NCBI RefSeq assembly: GCF_006345805.1
Contig: NC_042999.1
Location: 69,378,001-69,442,000 of the forward strand
Source of the DNA: Octopus sinensis
Taxonomy: Eukaryota
Length of the DNA stretch: 64,000 bases
Direction of reading: 5' to 3'
Positions 63,126 through 64,000 of this stretch are shown here, piece after piece. Made by a program: the position numbers and the translations under genes. Below the pieces are notes generated by a model. The model did no database searches and was not told the origin of the DNA. It worked only from the letters and a program-made list of their open reading frames with translations. Every line of letters starts with the position of its first letter. Within the stretch, counting starts at the first letter, position 1.

Positions 63126-64000
63126 CTGGGATTTTCAGAAAGAGAAATTGACCAGTTAGTTCGTACATTACAAGTGCAATCTGTGAGTGAAACTGTAAAA
63201 GTATGCAAGACTTTTCTCACGTTCCAAATGTGAATTTGGTTGTGTTAACTACATCCCAAAGATGGAGCCTTGTATCTTTGTTGGAAACCCGCTCCCTCTT
63301 CGATGGAAGATCTATAATAATTAAAAATTGAAGAGAGACATACATCCAAGCACACAAATTAATCTATATTCCTAAGTACATTTATATACATATATCCATA
63401 AAATAATAAAGACAGCTTATCAATGAGTTATGAATAAGTAATTGTGTACCATGTTCTCCGATAGAACTTTCTTGACAACCTTATAGATAAAAAAAAAACA
63501 TTGATTAAAGAACAAACATCAAATTCGAGTCAACGACTTTATGTAACACCACGCTTCCATACATTTGATCAAATAATTAAATTGGTTCTGCAGCCGTTAT
63601 GCAACTCTTGTGAACGACTAATTGTTGAGATTCCTGTTCATCCTGATGAGGGGGTCATCGCTGAGATGCACCGTAATCGGAACGCGGCAGTAAACTCCCG
63701 AAGTGGTTATAGATGTGCTTTGACTTGATTTTGTAGAATTCTCTAACGCTCCTTGGACTTCAACCTCCATGGTTTTTTATGAAACGAATTTTTTGACATA
63801 TTTTTAATTGAGGGAAGTAAAAACTTTTTTTAGTCGATTGATATTTTAAAAATATTTTTTAAAAGTTTTTTGCTCACCTGACACGCTTTAGTAATTCATT
63901 TTGATTATTTTTAGTTCGTTGTATATACACCGCCTTGAGAGGCTGTTCTATATATTTGTATTTTTATTTGCATATATATATTTTACCTTCTGTATTTTTT

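Noticed and set aside
63500-63730. Possible Neptune-type endonuclease tail
   Set aside because: Similarity too weak to call by eye.

Overview
AT-rich, repeat-saturated animal genomic DNA, most likely an octopus (inferred from the tRNA-derived SINE families, the dense TA/CA/GATA microsatellites and a lophotrochozoan-type gene). There is a 100-N scaffold gap at 52945-53044. The only host gene I can support is almost invisible in the ORF track because it is spliced: the 5' end of an ESRP/fusilli (epithelial splicing regulatory protein) gene on the minus strand. It has two phase-0 coding exons (20907-20782 and 20434-20291) encoding MATSHILALFCATTGKNCEELGVDEEQIVLLVYLLYDVTNNK|VVALQQHFVKPQPNEISETLLTEDCKIETGLEEEVIKNSQPLEHVLDE. 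They sit in an approximately 2.8 kb island free of interspersed repeats that holds two candidate TATA/Inr promoters, alternative leader exons and a cluster of CAGGTG E-boxes. I found no exon 3, so bases 1-20290 are probably one large intron, and 22.4-64 kb is upstream DNA. The rest is mobile DNA: modular tRNA-SINEs (some as head-to-tail concatemers), mariner/Tc1/pogo/piggyBac/hAT elements and MITEs, RTE, CR1 and R4/Dong-like LINE pieces, and two kinds of Penelope-like elements. These last come with hammerhead ribozyme motifs, fold-back structures and a 5x CRE+CCAAT array. A 2 kb block repeated across the N gap is probably an assembly artefact. Nearly all other ORFs in the track are microsatellite or antisense artefacts.
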